The notes beneath the pieces are model-generated. The model was not told the DNA's origin. It did not search any database and was given only the letters and a program-made list of their open reading frames with translations. Shown here piece after piece: positions 28,385-37,839 of a stretch of 64,000 bases of DNA; position 1 is the stretch's first letter; each line of letters begins with the position of its first letter. The stretch comes from an uncultured Candidatus Micrarchaeota archaeon. GTDB lineage: Archaea > Micrarchaeota > Micrarchaeia > Anstonellales > Bilamarchaeaceae. A program made the position numbers and the translations under genes. Location: contig OY970229.1 of assembly GCA_963714085.1 (NCBI GenBank), positions 576,001 to 640,000 on the forward strand, given 5' to 3'.

Positions 28385-29350
28385 TCATTCCAGCTCTATC
28401 GTTCCCGGCGGTTTGTTCGTGATGTCGTAGGTCACGCGCCCGACATCGCGTATCTCATTCGTGATTCTTGTCGATATCTTCTGCAGCACTTCGAAAGGGA
28501 CGTGCGAGAAGTTTGCGGTCATGCCGTCGAGAGAACGCACCGCGCGGACAACGACCGTGTACTGGTACGCCCTCTCGTCGCCCCGCACGCCCACGGTCTT
28601 GGACGGGAGCAGGGCGGCGAAGTACTGCCACGGGATCTCCATCTTCTTCTCCGCTGCGGCTTTCTCCAGCTCGTCTTCCACTATGGCACAGGAGTCCTGC
28701 ACTATGCGCACCTTGTCTTTGGTCACCTCGCCCACTATGCGCACCGCGAGCGCGGGGCCTGGGAACGGCTGGCGCTCGCATATCGCAGCTGGCAGGCCCA
28801 GCGCCCTGCCCACCATACGCACTTCGTGCTTGTAGAGCTCGCGCAGCGGCTCGCACAGCTTGAGGTCCATCTTCTCCGGCAGCCCGCCGACGTTATGGTG
28901 GGACTTTATAGTGTCCCTCCCAAGGCCGCCGGACTCTATCCAGTCCGGCGCGATGGTGCCTTGTATCAGGAACTTGGCGCCGGATTTCTCCGCCTCCCTT
29001 TCGAATATGCGGATGAACAGCTCGCCTATGGCCTTCCTTTTCCTCTCCGGCTCGGTCACGCCCGCGAGCGCGCCCAGGAACTCCTTCTCAGCGTCCACAA
29101 CCATGAGGCTTATGCCGGCGGACTCCGCGGCGGCCTTCACCCGCCCGGTCTCGCCTTTCCTCATGAGGCCGTTGTCCACGTACACCGTGACCAGCTGGCC
29201 CGGGATCGCCCTGGACGCTATCGTGGCGGCCACGAACGAGTCCACCCCTCCGGACACCGCGGTGATTGCAGTAGACCTCCCCACGGTGGCCTTTACGTAT
29301 TCCTCTGCGCGTTTTATGAATTTGTCTGGGTCGAAAGGCAAATCGCTCAC
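28385..29350 (-). CDS. guaAB: GMP synthase subunit B (ATP pyrophosphatase)
   Basis: SGGVDS, IKSHHNVGGLP, QPFPGP, YDITNKPPGTIE. Confidence 0.95.
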   Translation of the reverse strand: MSDLPFDPDKFIKRAEEYVKATVGRSTAITAVSGGVDSFVAATIASRAIPGQLVTVYVDNGLMRKGETGRVKAAAESAGISLMVVDAEKEFLGALAGVTEPERKRKAIGELFIRIFEREAEKSGAKFLIQGTIAPDWIESGGLGRDTIKSHHNVGGLPEKMDLKLCEPLRELYKHEVRMVGRALGLPAAICERQPFPGPALAVRIVGEVTKDKVRIVQDSCAIVEDELEKAAAEKKMEIPWQYFAALLPSKTVGVRGDERAYQYTVVVRAVRSLDGMTANFSHVPFEVLQKISTRITNEIRDVGRVTYDITNKPPGTIELE

Positions 29351-30162
29351 CCTGTGGAGTTAGTAGCGTTGAGAATGGCCGTGGAGTTGGTTGACAGACC
29401 CGGGATGTTGCCCAGGTTCGGCAGTCCCGTGGCGTTCATGCTGAGCAGGGTAGTGTTCATGCCGGACATGCCGAATGTGGCCGTGAAGTTGGGCCCCAGG
29501 CCGTATTTCGTTACTGCCACCTGCAGCAGGATGTAGGCGACCAGCGTGGCCAGGAAGACCAATAGCGCTATCACCAGGGAAGGGATGAACTTGGTCTTGT
29601 GCACGTCCATGAGTATCTTGGCCTGGACGAAGATCCCAAGGTACACAACCATCACCAGGTAGACGAGCCCGAAGAACAGGAGCACGCAGGGCAGGAATAT
29701 GCCAACCACGAGCGCCACGGGTATCATCAGCGAGGATATGCCCAGCGCGAGCGCGATGTAGGAGGACATGAAGTACTGCTGCGCGTATGTCCCCTTGCCG
29801 CGGACCGCCTTCATCAGGAGGAACATGACCCCCTGCTGGATGAAAGAGCCCAGGAACAGGAAGGGGAGCGTTATGAGGCCGAAATACACCAGCGAGCTGA
29901 CGAGGAAGCCGGTGGTTATGGTCGGCTTCGTGGTGATCACGAGCGACGCCGCCGAGGTCGCGTCGTAGACGAGCATGAGGTATACCACGGAAAGCGCTGC
30001 GAGGGCGAACGACGAGACCAGGAAGATGAGGATTCCCACGAGGAAATTCCGCACTCCGGTCGGCAGCTTCGCCCTGGGGAGCTCGTCCCTGAGCGTGGCG
30101 TCGACGCTCATGAAGTCGAAAAGAGATGCCAGTGCCCTGAAAACGCGCTTGACCCCCATCAT
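29347..30162 (-). CDS. Multi-pass membrane protein (YIP1-like)
   Basis: About five TM segments, GKGTY loop; upstream extension in the ORF track overlaps endoQ and is rejected. Confidence 0.7.
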   Translation of the reverse strand: MMGVKRVFRALASLFDFMSVDATLRDELPRAKLPTGVRNFLVGILIFLVSSFALAALSVVYLMLVYDATSAASLVITTKPTITTGFLVSSLVYFGLITLPFLFLGSFIQQGVMFLLMKAVRGKGTYAQQYFMSSYIALALGISSLMIPVALVVGIFLPCVLLFFGLVYLVMVVYLGIFVQAKILMDVHKTKFIPSLVIALLVFLATLVAYILLQVAVTKYGLGPNFTATFGMSGMNTTLLSMNATGLPNLGNIPGLSTNSTAILNATNSTG

Positions 30163-30219
30163 ATCACAGTGATAGCTAGGAGCAACGCTCTTAAATAAAT
30201 TTGTGTCGCTCATTTCCCC

Positions 30220-31467
30220 ATGCGCATCGTTGCAGACCTCCATGTCCACTCGAAATACGCGAGAGCCACCAGCCCTAACAACGACCTGGACGGGCTCGCG
30301 CGCGGGGCGAAGCTCAAGGGAATAGACGTCATCGCCACCGGGGATTTCACCCACCCTGCCTATTTCAACGAGATAAAAATGATGCTCGCGGGGAAAGATG
30401 AGGGCACGGGCCTGTACCCCCATGGTGGAGTGCGCTTCATCCTCTCCACCGAGATAAGCCTCATCTATTCCTCCAAGCTCGGGTCCAAGCGCATGCACCA
30501 CCTGGTGCTCGCGCCGTCGCTCGATGTCGCTGCGCAGATAAACGACGAGCTCGGCAAGCGGGGCAACCTCTCTAGCGACGGCAGGCCCATACTCGGGCTC
30601 TCGTCCCCGGAGTTCGCGGACGTGCTGTTCGGCATCTCCCCTGACGTGATGATAATCCCTGCCCATGCCTGGACGCCGTGGTTCTCCGTGTTCGGCTCCA
30701 TGTCGGGAGTGGACACCATGGAGGAGGCGTTCGAGAGCAACGCCAAAAGGATATTCGCGTTCGAAAGCGGTTTAAGCAGCGATCCTGCGATGAACTGGAT
30801 GCTCAGCCGCCTTGACAAATACTCGATCGTCTCCAATTCCGACGCGCATTCGCTGGACAAGCTGGGGCGGGAGGCGAACGTCTTCGAGCTCAAGGAACCG
30901 TCTTACGCGGCGATACGCGACGCGATAAAGACGAGGAATGGTTTCGTGAAGACCTACGAGTTCTACCCGGAGGAGGGAAAGTACCACTACGACGGCCACA
31001 GGGACTGCAATGTCCGCTGGAGCCCGTCCGAGACCAAGAGCCATAACGGCATCTGCACGGTGTGCAGGAAACCGGTGACGGTCGGCGTCCTCAACCGCGT
31101 CGAAGCGCTCGCGGACAGGAAGCCGGGTTTCAGGCCCGAGGGCGCGGTCCCGTTCCAGTACATCGTGCCGCTGCGCACCGTGATCTCGAAGGTGCTCGGC
31201 AAGGGGGAGGCGACTAACGCGGTCGCCCTGGAGCATGATCGGATGGTGCGCTATTTCGGAAGCGAGTTCGCGGTCTTCGAGAGCGACGAGAACCGCATAC
31301 GCCTGGCCGCGACCCCGGAGATCGCGGACGCGGTGATGAAGGTGAAGAACGGGGACGTCCGCTGGCTGCCCGGCTATGACGGCGTATTCGGCGAGCTGGT
31401 GCTGGACGACAAGGATATCACCAAGGGCGTTTCGGACAAGAAGCAGACTAGCCTGGGCGACTTCTGA
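30220..31467 (+). CDS. endoQ: Endonuclease Q (PHP domain plus Zn finger)
   Basis: ADLHVHSKYA, TGDFTHP, PAHAWTPW, NSDAHS, GKYH.DGH, CxxC, PGYDG.FG. Confidence 0.9.
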   Translation: MRIVADLHVHSKYARATSPNNDLDGLARGAKLKGIDVIATGDFTHPAYFNEIKMMLAGKDEGTGLYPHGGVRFILSTEISLIYSSKLGSKRMHHLVLAPSLDVAAQINDELGKRGNLSSDGRPILGLSSPEFADVLFGISPDVMIIPAHAWTPWFSVFGSMSGVDTMEEAFESNAKRIFAFESGLSSDPAMNWMLSRLDKYSIVSNSDAHSLDKLGREANVFELKEPSYAAIRDAIKTRNGFVKTYEFYPEEGKYHYDGHRDCNVRWSPSETKSHNGICTVCRKPVTVGVLNRVEALADRKPGFRPEGAVPFQYIVPLRTVISKVLGKGEATNAVALEHDRMVRYFGSEFAVFESDENRIRLAATPEIADAVMKVKNGDVRWLPGYDGVFGELVLDDKDITKGVSDKKQTSLGDF

Positions 31468-31469
31468 CC

Positions 31470-31925
31470 TTACAGGTTCTCTATGGTCTCGTAGCTTATG
31501 ACGGTGCGCGCATCGCCGACGGTTTTCTGCCTCCTCAAGTCGCCTGCGAGCATGCCGTTGAGCTCCTCCATGGACGCGACCCGCGCCTTGAAGATGATGT
31601 CGAAATCGCCGGCCACCATAGACGCCTCGCATATGTTCGGCATGGCGGCCACCTGCTCGAGCAGCTTCCTCTGGTCTATTCCCGGCACTGTTTTCAAAAG
31701 CACGTAGGCCACCAGGGGCCTGCCGAGCTTGGCGTAGTCCACGGAGATGGTATAACTTCTTATCACGCCAAGCCCGCGCAGTTTCCCCAGGCGGTTGTGC
31801 ACGGTGGTCATGGGTATGCCGGTCTTCCCTGCCAGTTTCTGCTCGGACAACTTGGAGTCCTTTCGGAGCTCCCCCAGCAGCATGAGGTCTTTCTTGTCGA
31901 GTGTTTGATTGGTTTTATTGACCAT
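31470..31925 (-). CDS. Lrp/AsnC family regulator
   Basis: LDKKD..LL.EL HTH, GVI..Y, GDFD. Confidence 0.9.
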   Translation of the reverse strand: MVNKTNQTLDKKDLMLLGELRKDSKLSEQKLAGKTGIPMTTVHNRLGKLRGLGVIRSYTISVDYAKLGRPLVAYVLLKTVPGIDQRKLLEQVAAMPNICEASMVAGDFDIIFKARVASMEELNGMLAGDLRRQKTVGDARTVISYETIENL

Positions 31926-32037
31926 TAACGGAGCATTTAATCACAAAGATTTAAAAATATGGTAGAAATATTCCAAGAGATTGCTTATGCTAAATGCTAG
32001 TAGGGACGTTGCATAAATCTTAGTTCGCCACTGCGAA

Positions 32038-32496
32038 TTAGCCTGGCCGAAGCCTCTTGAACAGCCTGTAAGTTCTCCCGTAATTTCTGAAAACGACCTG
32101 CCTGACGACCCTGTATCCGTTCTTTTTGTAGAACCCGACCGAGTTGACCGCGCAGTGCGCCCTTATCGCCTTGAATCCTTTCTTCTTCGCGATTCGTTCT
32201 ATAGCCGCGAGCAGTCTGGTTCCGATGCCCCTGCCCTGGCGGGCCGGCTCTACGAAGAAGGCGCTGATCCAGCCATCCTTTGTCAGATTCACGGTCCCGA
32301 CTATCGTTTTACCATCCTCTACGATCAGCATGTCCCGTTCCAAAGCCCTTTTGACGACTTCCCTCGGCCGGTTTTCCGCGATGATGAAGTCGATGACTCT
32401 TTTGGGATAATGCTTAGCGTTTGCTTCTCTCAGCGTCCTGATGACGCATCTGCTCGTAGCACTGGCATCCCCTACCCTGAAACGGCGGATACGCAT
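32038..32496 (-). CDS. GNAT acetyltransferase
   Basis: FFVEPARQGRGIG, FYKKNGY. Confidence 0.88.
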   Translation of the reverse strand: MRIRRFRVGDASATSRCVIRTLREANAKHYPKRVIDFIIAENRPREVVKRALERDMLIVEDGKTIVGTVNLTKDGWISAFFVEPARQGRGIGTRLLAAIERIAKKKGFKAIRAHCAVNSVGFYKKNGYRVVRQVVFRNYGRTYRLFKRLRPG

Positions 32497-32566
32497 GCTG
32501 GATTACGCTTTTCCAATCTTTTAAAATCTGCGTATCAGTCTGATGGATTCGTATCAAACCGCGCCT

Positions 32567-33142
32567 TCACCGGAACATCCTGTTCAGGATCGGGATTATG
32601 TAGAACGAAGCGACGAATCCCGCGAGTCCCCCTGTGAGCAAGCGAATGAGGTTCGTGCTCTCATACGGGAAGCCGAGCAGGTTTATGCCGATATCCGAAA
32701 GAAGCTGGATCGTGCCGTCGATGCCTATGGGGATCAGTGCCGCTATGAGGATGGACGGCGGGAGTATCTTCTTATCTTCCAGCTTGAAAAACAGCGGGTA
32801 GGCGAACGCGCCCAGGAGCATGGCGAGATAGATGCCTATGTCCCTGGCGCACACCGGGAACTTGAAGCCCGTCACCCCGTTGCGGACCTCGGAGAGGATC
32901 ACCCCGTCATTGGACACGAAGGTCCCGTTCTGCGGCGTGCAGTCTCGTATGGAGAGTCCTTTGCCCTCGAAGAGGCAGAGCGAGCGCGATATCTTCTGGT
33001 GGCATGTGAACGCGAATCCGCCGTAGAGGGATTTGGCGAGAGGCAGGTCGGATAAGGCCAGGAACGGCGTGATCGCTATCAAGATCAGGAAGACCAATAA
33101 CAGCCCTACGTATATCCCGTATATTATCTTCGGCCTCTCCAT
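32567..33142 (-). CDS. DUF2085 membrane protein
   Basis: CHQ..SRS, FPVCARD.GIY, P..IDG..Q, STN..R..TG. Confidence 0.85.
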   Translation of the reverse strand: MERPKIIYGIYVGLLLVFLILIAITPFLALSDLPLAKSLYGGFAFTCHQKISRSLCLFEGKGLSIRDCTPQNGTFVSNDGVILSEVRNGVTGFKFPVCARDIGIYLAMLLGAFAYPLFFKLEDKKILPPSILIAALIPIGIDGTIQLLSDIGINLLGFPYESTNLIRLLTGGLAGFVASFYIIPILNRMFR

Positions 33143-33221
33143 GGTATAACCTCAGTCTGCGAAGCCTTTAAATAAGATTCGGAAAATAAGGGGTTATTAG
33201 TCATAACGACCAGGTGATGTA

Positions 33222-33497
33222 ATGACGACAAAACTTTCCAGGATGTATGGAATGGACATCTTTTCGGACTCGGGCAAATTCCTCGGCAACGCGCAGGACT
33301 TCATAGTCGATGTCGAGAGCGGAGAGGTCTCCAGGATACTCATCGAGCAGCTCCCGTCTTCGAAGGATGAGGCTAAGAAGGCGCTGAGGGACAAATCGAT
33401 CCTTTATGCGAACGTCAAGTCCGTCGAGGACGTGATCGTGGTCACGAAGGGCATGAGCGTATCTTCGAAGGCCGCCGAGACACCCTCCTTGGAATAA
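33222..33497 (+). CDS. PRC-barrel protein (CdpB-like cell division candidate)
   Basis: LS..YG.DIF...G..LG...D..VD..SG.V and V.SV.DVIVV; GGTGA SD. Confidence 0.85.
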   Translation: MTTKLSRMYGMDIFSDSGKFLGNAQDFIVDVESGEVSRILIEQLPSSKDEAKKALRDKSILYANVKSVEDVIVVTKGMSVSSKAAETPSLE

Positions 33498-33518
33498 GCT
33501 CCAGCAAAAGGTCTGAGG

Positions 33519-33725
33519 ATGGCAGGCACCCTGATAAAGATAATCGTGGGCATAGGCTCACTGGCTATCGGCATCGGAGTGACTTATTTTTATTCAATGA
33601 ACTGCTTGAAACCGGTCTGCCCGCTGCCCACTGACGAGGGCACTCTTATCCTGATAGGAGTGATCATGACCGTGTTCGCGTACATAGCGCTCTATTTCAT
33701 GACCAAAGGCGCCAGCAGCGGCTAG
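33519..33725 (+). CDS. Small two-TM membrane protein
   Basis: Two hydrophobic helices around a CxxxxC loop; GAGG SD. Confidence 0.65.
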   Translation: MAGTLIKIIVGIGSLAIGIGVTYFYSMNCLKPVCPLPTDEGTLILIGVIMTVFAYIALYFMTKGASSG

Positions 33726-33737
33726 AACCACCGGCTT

Positions 33738-34220
33738 TTACAAGGAAAGCATTCCGGACAGCTTCTTTTTCAGTTTCGCATCCGGCAGCACGAGCACCAT
33801 GCCTTTCTGCGGCTGGCCGTAGACTATGGCGTCGTCCTTGCCCGCGGCCAGGACGAATGCGAGCGCGGTGAGGTCCTCCTCTCCGATGATGAGCACCCCA
33901 CCCCCTTTCCCGAGAAGCATGGGGGCGTCCGCGATTATGCTCTCTGAAAGCGTGCCGGGCGGATTCTCGTATGTCTCCGGATGCGGGTACTCCGAGCGCA
34001 GGAGAGCAGAATCATCCGGTCCGATATCATGCCTCATGGACCTGAAATCGAAAACCGCGAGGTGCGGCTTCGTCCCGGCACGCAGCAGCGCGAGCGTGCA
34101 TGCGTCACCGACGGACACCAGCCGGCGGCCCGCGGCTATCTGCAGTAGCTCCTTCGCGCTGCCGCATAGCCTGCCCAGGGGCGTCCTGAGCTCATCCCTC
34201 ATGCTGTCCGATATAATCAT
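33738..34220 (-). CDS. GTP-dependent dephospho-CoA kinase (DUF359)
   Basis: LR.PLG, SVGD, NPPG, GEEDL, YGQP..G. Confidence 0.9.
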   Translation of the reverse strand: MIISDSMRDELRTPLGRLCGSAKELLQIAAGRRLVSVGDACTLALLRAGTKPHLAVFDFRSMRHDIGPDDSALLRSEYPHPETYENPPGTLSESIIADAPMLLGKGGGVLIIGEEDLTALAFVLAAGKDDAIVYGQPQKGMVLVLPDAKLKKKLSGMLSL

Positions 34221-34273
34221 ACAAGGTGCTTAGCCTGATGCAAATTAAAACAGTTGGTCTTGCTTAATCGATC

Positions 34274-35398
34274 ATGAAACCTGGCTTGGGCACCGATGCG
34301 AAGATACTGGGCCTGGCGGGATTCCTGGCGAATGCGTCCACGGAGATGCTGGTCCCGCTGCTGCCCCTGTTCCTAACGAAAGTGCTGCTCGCGCCAGTGC
34401 TCGTCGTCGGCCTGATGGAGAGCCTTGAGGGGTTCGTGACCGGCATCCAGGGTTTCCTCTCCGGGCTGCGTCCGGACGGCGGAAAGAAGCGCATGGTGGC
34501 CGGCTACTCGCTCTCGGCGATTGTGAAAAGCCTGCTTGCCTCGGCTTCTGCCTGGCCGCAGGTGGCCCTCATAAGGGTGCTCGCCGGGTTCGGGGACAGT
34601 ATCGCCGAGCCGGCGCAGGAGGCCGCTCTCTCAGGAGGCGCGGAAAGCGGGTTCCGCAGGATGCTCTGCAACATGGGCGCAATCGCTGGGCCGCTCATCG
34701 CTGCGCTGGTACTCGTGCTCATGTCCGCCAGGGTGCAGGCTTACGGGACTGTTTTCCTGCTCGCCGCGGTCCTGGCGGTCCTCGCGGTGCCTGCGCTATT
34801 CTTGCTTAGTGAGAAGTCCGCGCAGCAGCCGAGCATGCCATTGAAAAGCCTCGCGCCATCCCACGCCCTGCGTCCGTTCCTCGCGTTCACCGCGGTCCTC
34901 GCTCTGGGCCAGTTCAGCGTGATGTTCTTCATACTCCGCGCATGGGATTTCCTGCCTTTCGTCCTGATACCGGTGGCATACCTCGCATACAACGTCTTCT
35001 ACGCGATATTCTCCATGCCGGCGGGCGTATTGGCGGACCGGCTGGGGCCCAGGGCCGCGATGCTGCTCGGCATGCTATCTCTCCTGCTCGCGCTCGCGGG
35101 CGCCGCGTTCTTCCCCTCGCTCGTGGTGCTGTTCCTCGCGTTCGCGTTCCTGGGCATGTCCATGGCGGTTGTGAGAACCGTTCCGCGGATGTTCCTCTCC
35201 AAAGCCGTCCGCAAGGAGGATTGCGCTTCCGCCATGGGCTATTACAGGGGGCTGACCGGCGTTGTCGCTCTTCCGGCGAACCTCCTGGCCGGCCTGCTGT
35301 GGGCCGTCCCGTTGTTCGGCGCCCCTGCCCCTTTCGCCATTTCCATCGCCACCACGCTCGTGGCGGTGGCGTTGTTGCTGCTTGTGGTCAAAGATTAA
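34274..35398 (+). CDS. MFS transporter
   Basis: About 12 TM segments; G.LADRLG.R loop motif. Confidence 0.85.
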   Translation: MKPGLGTDAKILGLAGFLANASTEMLVPLLPLFLTKVLLAPVLVVGLMESLEGFVTGIQGFLSGLRPDGGKKRMVAGYSLSAIVKSLLASASAWPQVALIRVLAGFGDSIAEPAQEAALSGGAESGFRRMLCNMGAIAGPLIAALVLVLMSARVQAYGTVFLLAAVLAVLAVPALFLLSEKSAQQPSMPLKSLAPSHALRPFLAFTAVLALGQFSVMFFILRAWDFLPFVLIPVAYLAYNVFYAIFSMPAGVLADRLGPRAAMLLGMLSLLLALAGAAFFPSLVVLFLAFAFLGMSMAVVRTVPRMFLSKAVRKEDCASAMGYYRGLTGVVALPANLLAGLLWAVPLFGAPAPFAISIATTLVAVALLLLVVKD

Positions 35399-35436
35399 AA
35401 ACCCTTCCCAGCCATATAGCGCCAGGGGGGAGTTCC

Positions 35437-35952
35437 ATGAACAAGAACAAGATACTCAGCTGCCTTTTCGTGATATTGGGCCTTATAGTGATCATCGGGA
35501 GCATATTCGTGCTGGTGAGCTACGCCACCGACATACTGAACGCGGTGGTGAACTTCGTGACCAGCAACGACCTTCCGAAGCTCGCGCAGTGCGGAGCCGT
35601 AATCCCGTCGGAGTTCTCGAACATAAAAGCCGATTTCACCAGCCTCTTGTTGCCGATGCTCTACTACGGGGTGCCGGTGCTGCTGCTCGTGGTCTCGGTC
35701 CTGATGTTCCTCTCAGGCTATTTCTACAACAAGGGCAGGCAGGAGGACGAGGCGCGGAAGAAAGACGAAATCGAGCGCGAGATGATAAGGAAGGCCGCGG
35801 AGCGGGTGGCGAGGCAGAAGGCCAAGCAGGCCGAGGACGCCGCTGCCAAGGCCATGGAGGAGGAGCTGGAGAAGCCCCAGGCGCTCGAGCAGGCACAGGA
35901 GGCCGCGCCTCCGGCAGAAACAGAGATGATAGTGAGGAAGAGGAAGAAATGA
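35437..35952 (+). CDS. Hypothetical two-TM membrane protein with charged tail
   Basis: ATG 35437 after GGGGAG; two TM helices then a coiled, charged C-terminus. Confidence 0.7.
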   Translation: MNKNKILSCLFVILGLIVIIGSIFVLVSYATDILNAVVNFVTSNDLPKLAQCGAVIPSEFSNIKADFTSLLLPMLYYGVPVLLLVVSVLMFLSGYFYNKGRQEDEARKKDEIEREMIRKAAERVARQKAKQAEDAAAKAMEEELEKPQALEQAQEAAPPAETEMIVRKRKK

Positions 35953-36606
35953 TCAGAGAATCCGGCTTCCGGTCTCGCTTCCCACGATTATCTTGTCGAA
36001 TTTCGTGAATATCCCGTTCTCGACTATGCCGGGCATGGATTTGAGCCATGCCTCGGTCTTCTTAGGGTCTTCCACCTTCATGTCCATGTCCACGATGTAG
36101 CAGCCGTTGTCGGATATCACCGGCCCGAGCTTCCTCTGGGCGATGCGTATTTTGGGTTTGTACCCCTTGAGCTCCCGCAGGACGAACGGGGCCGCGAAAG
36201 GCAGCACCTCGAGCGCCACGTTGCCCTCGAGCCGCTTGCAGACCTTGCTCTCGTCCACGATCACTATGAACTTCTTTGCGCTGTAGTCGATTATCTTCTC
36301 CCTGGTGAGCGCCCCGCCGCCGCCCTTGAGCAGCGCGTCCTTGGTCACGGTGTCCGCCCCGTCCACGGCCAGGTCTATGTCAGAGATCGTGTCCGGCTCG
36401 ACCACCCAGAGCTTGTTCTCGATGGCGAGCATCCTGGTGTCCAGGGAGGTCGTGACGCAGCATAAGTTGAGTTTCTCGTCCTTGATCTTGGCCACCAGCA
36501 GCTTGAGGAATTCGCGGGCCGTCGAGCCGCTGCCCAGGCCTATGCACATGCCGTCCTTCACGTATCCTAGCGCGGCTTCCGCGGCGTTGGTCTTGGGGTC
36601 GGACAT
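35953..36606 (-). CDS. rpiA: Ribose-5-phosphate isomerase A
   Basis: GLGSGST, DLAVDGAD, KGGGGALTREK, SDNG, PGIVENGIF. Confidence 0.95.
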   Translation of the reverse strand: MSDPKTNAAEAALGYVKDGMCIGLGSGSTAREFLKLLVAKIKDEKLNLCCVTTSLDTRMLAIENKLWVVEPDTISDIDLAVDGADTVTKDALLKGGGGALTREKIIDYSAKKFIVIVDESKVCKRLEGNVALEVLPFAAPFVLRELKGYKPKIRIAQRKLGPVISDNGCYIVDMDMKVEDPKKTEAWLKSMPGIVENGIFTKFDKIIVGSETGSRIL

Positions 36607-36614
36607 GGGGGATG

Positions 36615-36785
36615 TCACTTTTTCGGCTGCGCTATCGACAACGTTCCCTTTTCCTGCAATACGGTTTCGATCTCTTTCCCTTTCAGGTCGGTGAGGGTGA
36701 CAATCATCGATTTTTCCGAAACCCCGATTGTGAGTATCCGCGGCTGGCCCTTGAGGGTTATTTCCATCGAATATAGCGTCTCCAT
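36615..36785 (-). CDS. Small hypothetical protein, 56 aa (absent from ORF track)
   Basis: METLYSMEITLKGQPRILTIGVSEKSMIVTLTDLKGKEIETVLQEKGTLSIAQPKK; strong GGTGAGG SD; fills the gap upstream of rpiA. Confidence 0.65.
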   Translation of the reverse strand: METLYSMEITLKGQPRILTIGVSEKSMIVTLTDLKGKEIETVLQEKGTLSIAQPKK

Positions 36786-36790
36786 AAGCC

Positions 36791-37063
36791 TCACCCGCTT
36801 TCGACGTTGATCCTAACTGATTGTATGTTCTTTGGATTGGATGCCGCGAGCAGTGCCAGCTGGATTGGGTCGTTCGCGGGGAGTTTTTTTCCGAGCAACT
36901 CCGATGTTTCCTGCGCCGCACTCGCTGCAGCGCGGACCGAGGCATCGACTCGTCTTATTACTACTGGAAAGGCAGACGCTGGCGCTTCCACCTTGGGCGC
37001 TTCCCTGGGCGGTACCTTGAGCTGTGCTGGTGCCTCTGTTTCGACCTCCTTCGACATCGCCAT
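36791..37063 (-). CDS. Small hypothetical protein, 90 aa
   Basis: AAGGAG SD; its stop codon lies within the SD of the next small gene. Confidence 0.6.
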   Translation of the reverse strand: MAMSKEVETEAPAQLKVPPREAPKVEAPASAFPVVIRRVDASVRAAASAAQETSELLGKKLPANDPIQLALLAASNPKNIQSVRINVESG

Positions 37064-37120
37064 AAAACCATCTCCTTACTATAATAAATGCACTTTGTGC
37101 CTTAAAAACCATGTGGTTGC

Positions 37121-37834
37121 ATGACGAAAACACTTTATCTCGAAGATAGCTACAAGAGGGAATGCGATGCGGTTGTTTTGGAGATCGCGGATCATGGCGT
37201 GGTCCTCGACCAGACCATCTTCTATCCCCGTGGAGGGGGACAGCCTTGCGACACCGGGAGGATGGTCTTCCCGGACCGGGAATCGCGTGTCCTGAACGTC
37301 ATGAAGAAGGAAGGGCGTATCATCCACGAACTGGAGGCTGGCACACAGGATGCCAAGGCCGGGGATCGTGTCCATCTCGTCCTCGATTGGGAGCGCAGGT
37401 ACAGGCACATGCGCATGCACACCGCGGCTCACGTGCTCGGCTCCACGATGTACAACGACATGGGCGTGCTCATAACCGGAAACGAGCTCGGCGAGGACAG
37501 GACGAGGTTCGATTTCAACACCGAGAACTTCGACAGGGCGCTGTTCGACAGTATCGTGAAGAAGGTGAACGGGTTGCTGGCGCAGGATGTCGAGCTCAAG
37601 GTATACTCGCTCCCGCGGGATGAGGCGATGAAGATTCCGGGCGTGGTCAAGCTCGCAAATGCGCTTCCCCCGAGCATCACCGAGCTGCGCATCGTGGAGA
37701 TCCCAGGGATCGACGTCCAGGCCGACGGCGGGACGCACGTGAGGAATCTGAAGGAAGTGGGCCAGATAGAGCTGCTGAAGCTGGAGAACAAGGGGAAAAC
37801 GAACAGAAGGATATACTTCGCCCTGAAGCCGTAG
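37121..37834 (+). CDS. alaXM: Alanyl-tRNA editing protein AlaX-M
   Basis: LYLEDSY, TIFYPRGGGQP.D, HMRMHTAAH, DGGTHV, NKGK.NRR. Confidence 0.93.
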   Translation: MTKTLYLEDSYKRECDAVVLEIADHGVVLDQTIFYPRGGGQPCDTGRMVFPDRESRVLNVMKKEGRIIHELEAGTQDAKAGDRVHLVLDWERRYRHMRMHTAAHVLGSTMYNDMGVLITGNELGEDRTRFDFNTENFDRALFDSIVKKVNGLLAQDVELKVYSLPRDEAMKIPGVVKLANALPPSITELRIVEIPGIDVQADGGTHVRNLKEVGQIELLKLENKGKTNRRIYFALKP

Positions 37835-37839
37835 CGCGA

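Noticed and set aside
29347..30666. Long N-terminal extensions in the ORF track (also 34942, 36945 and 49888 starts)
   Set aside because: Extensions overlap neighbouring genes; downstream ATGs fit homologous starts and gene packing
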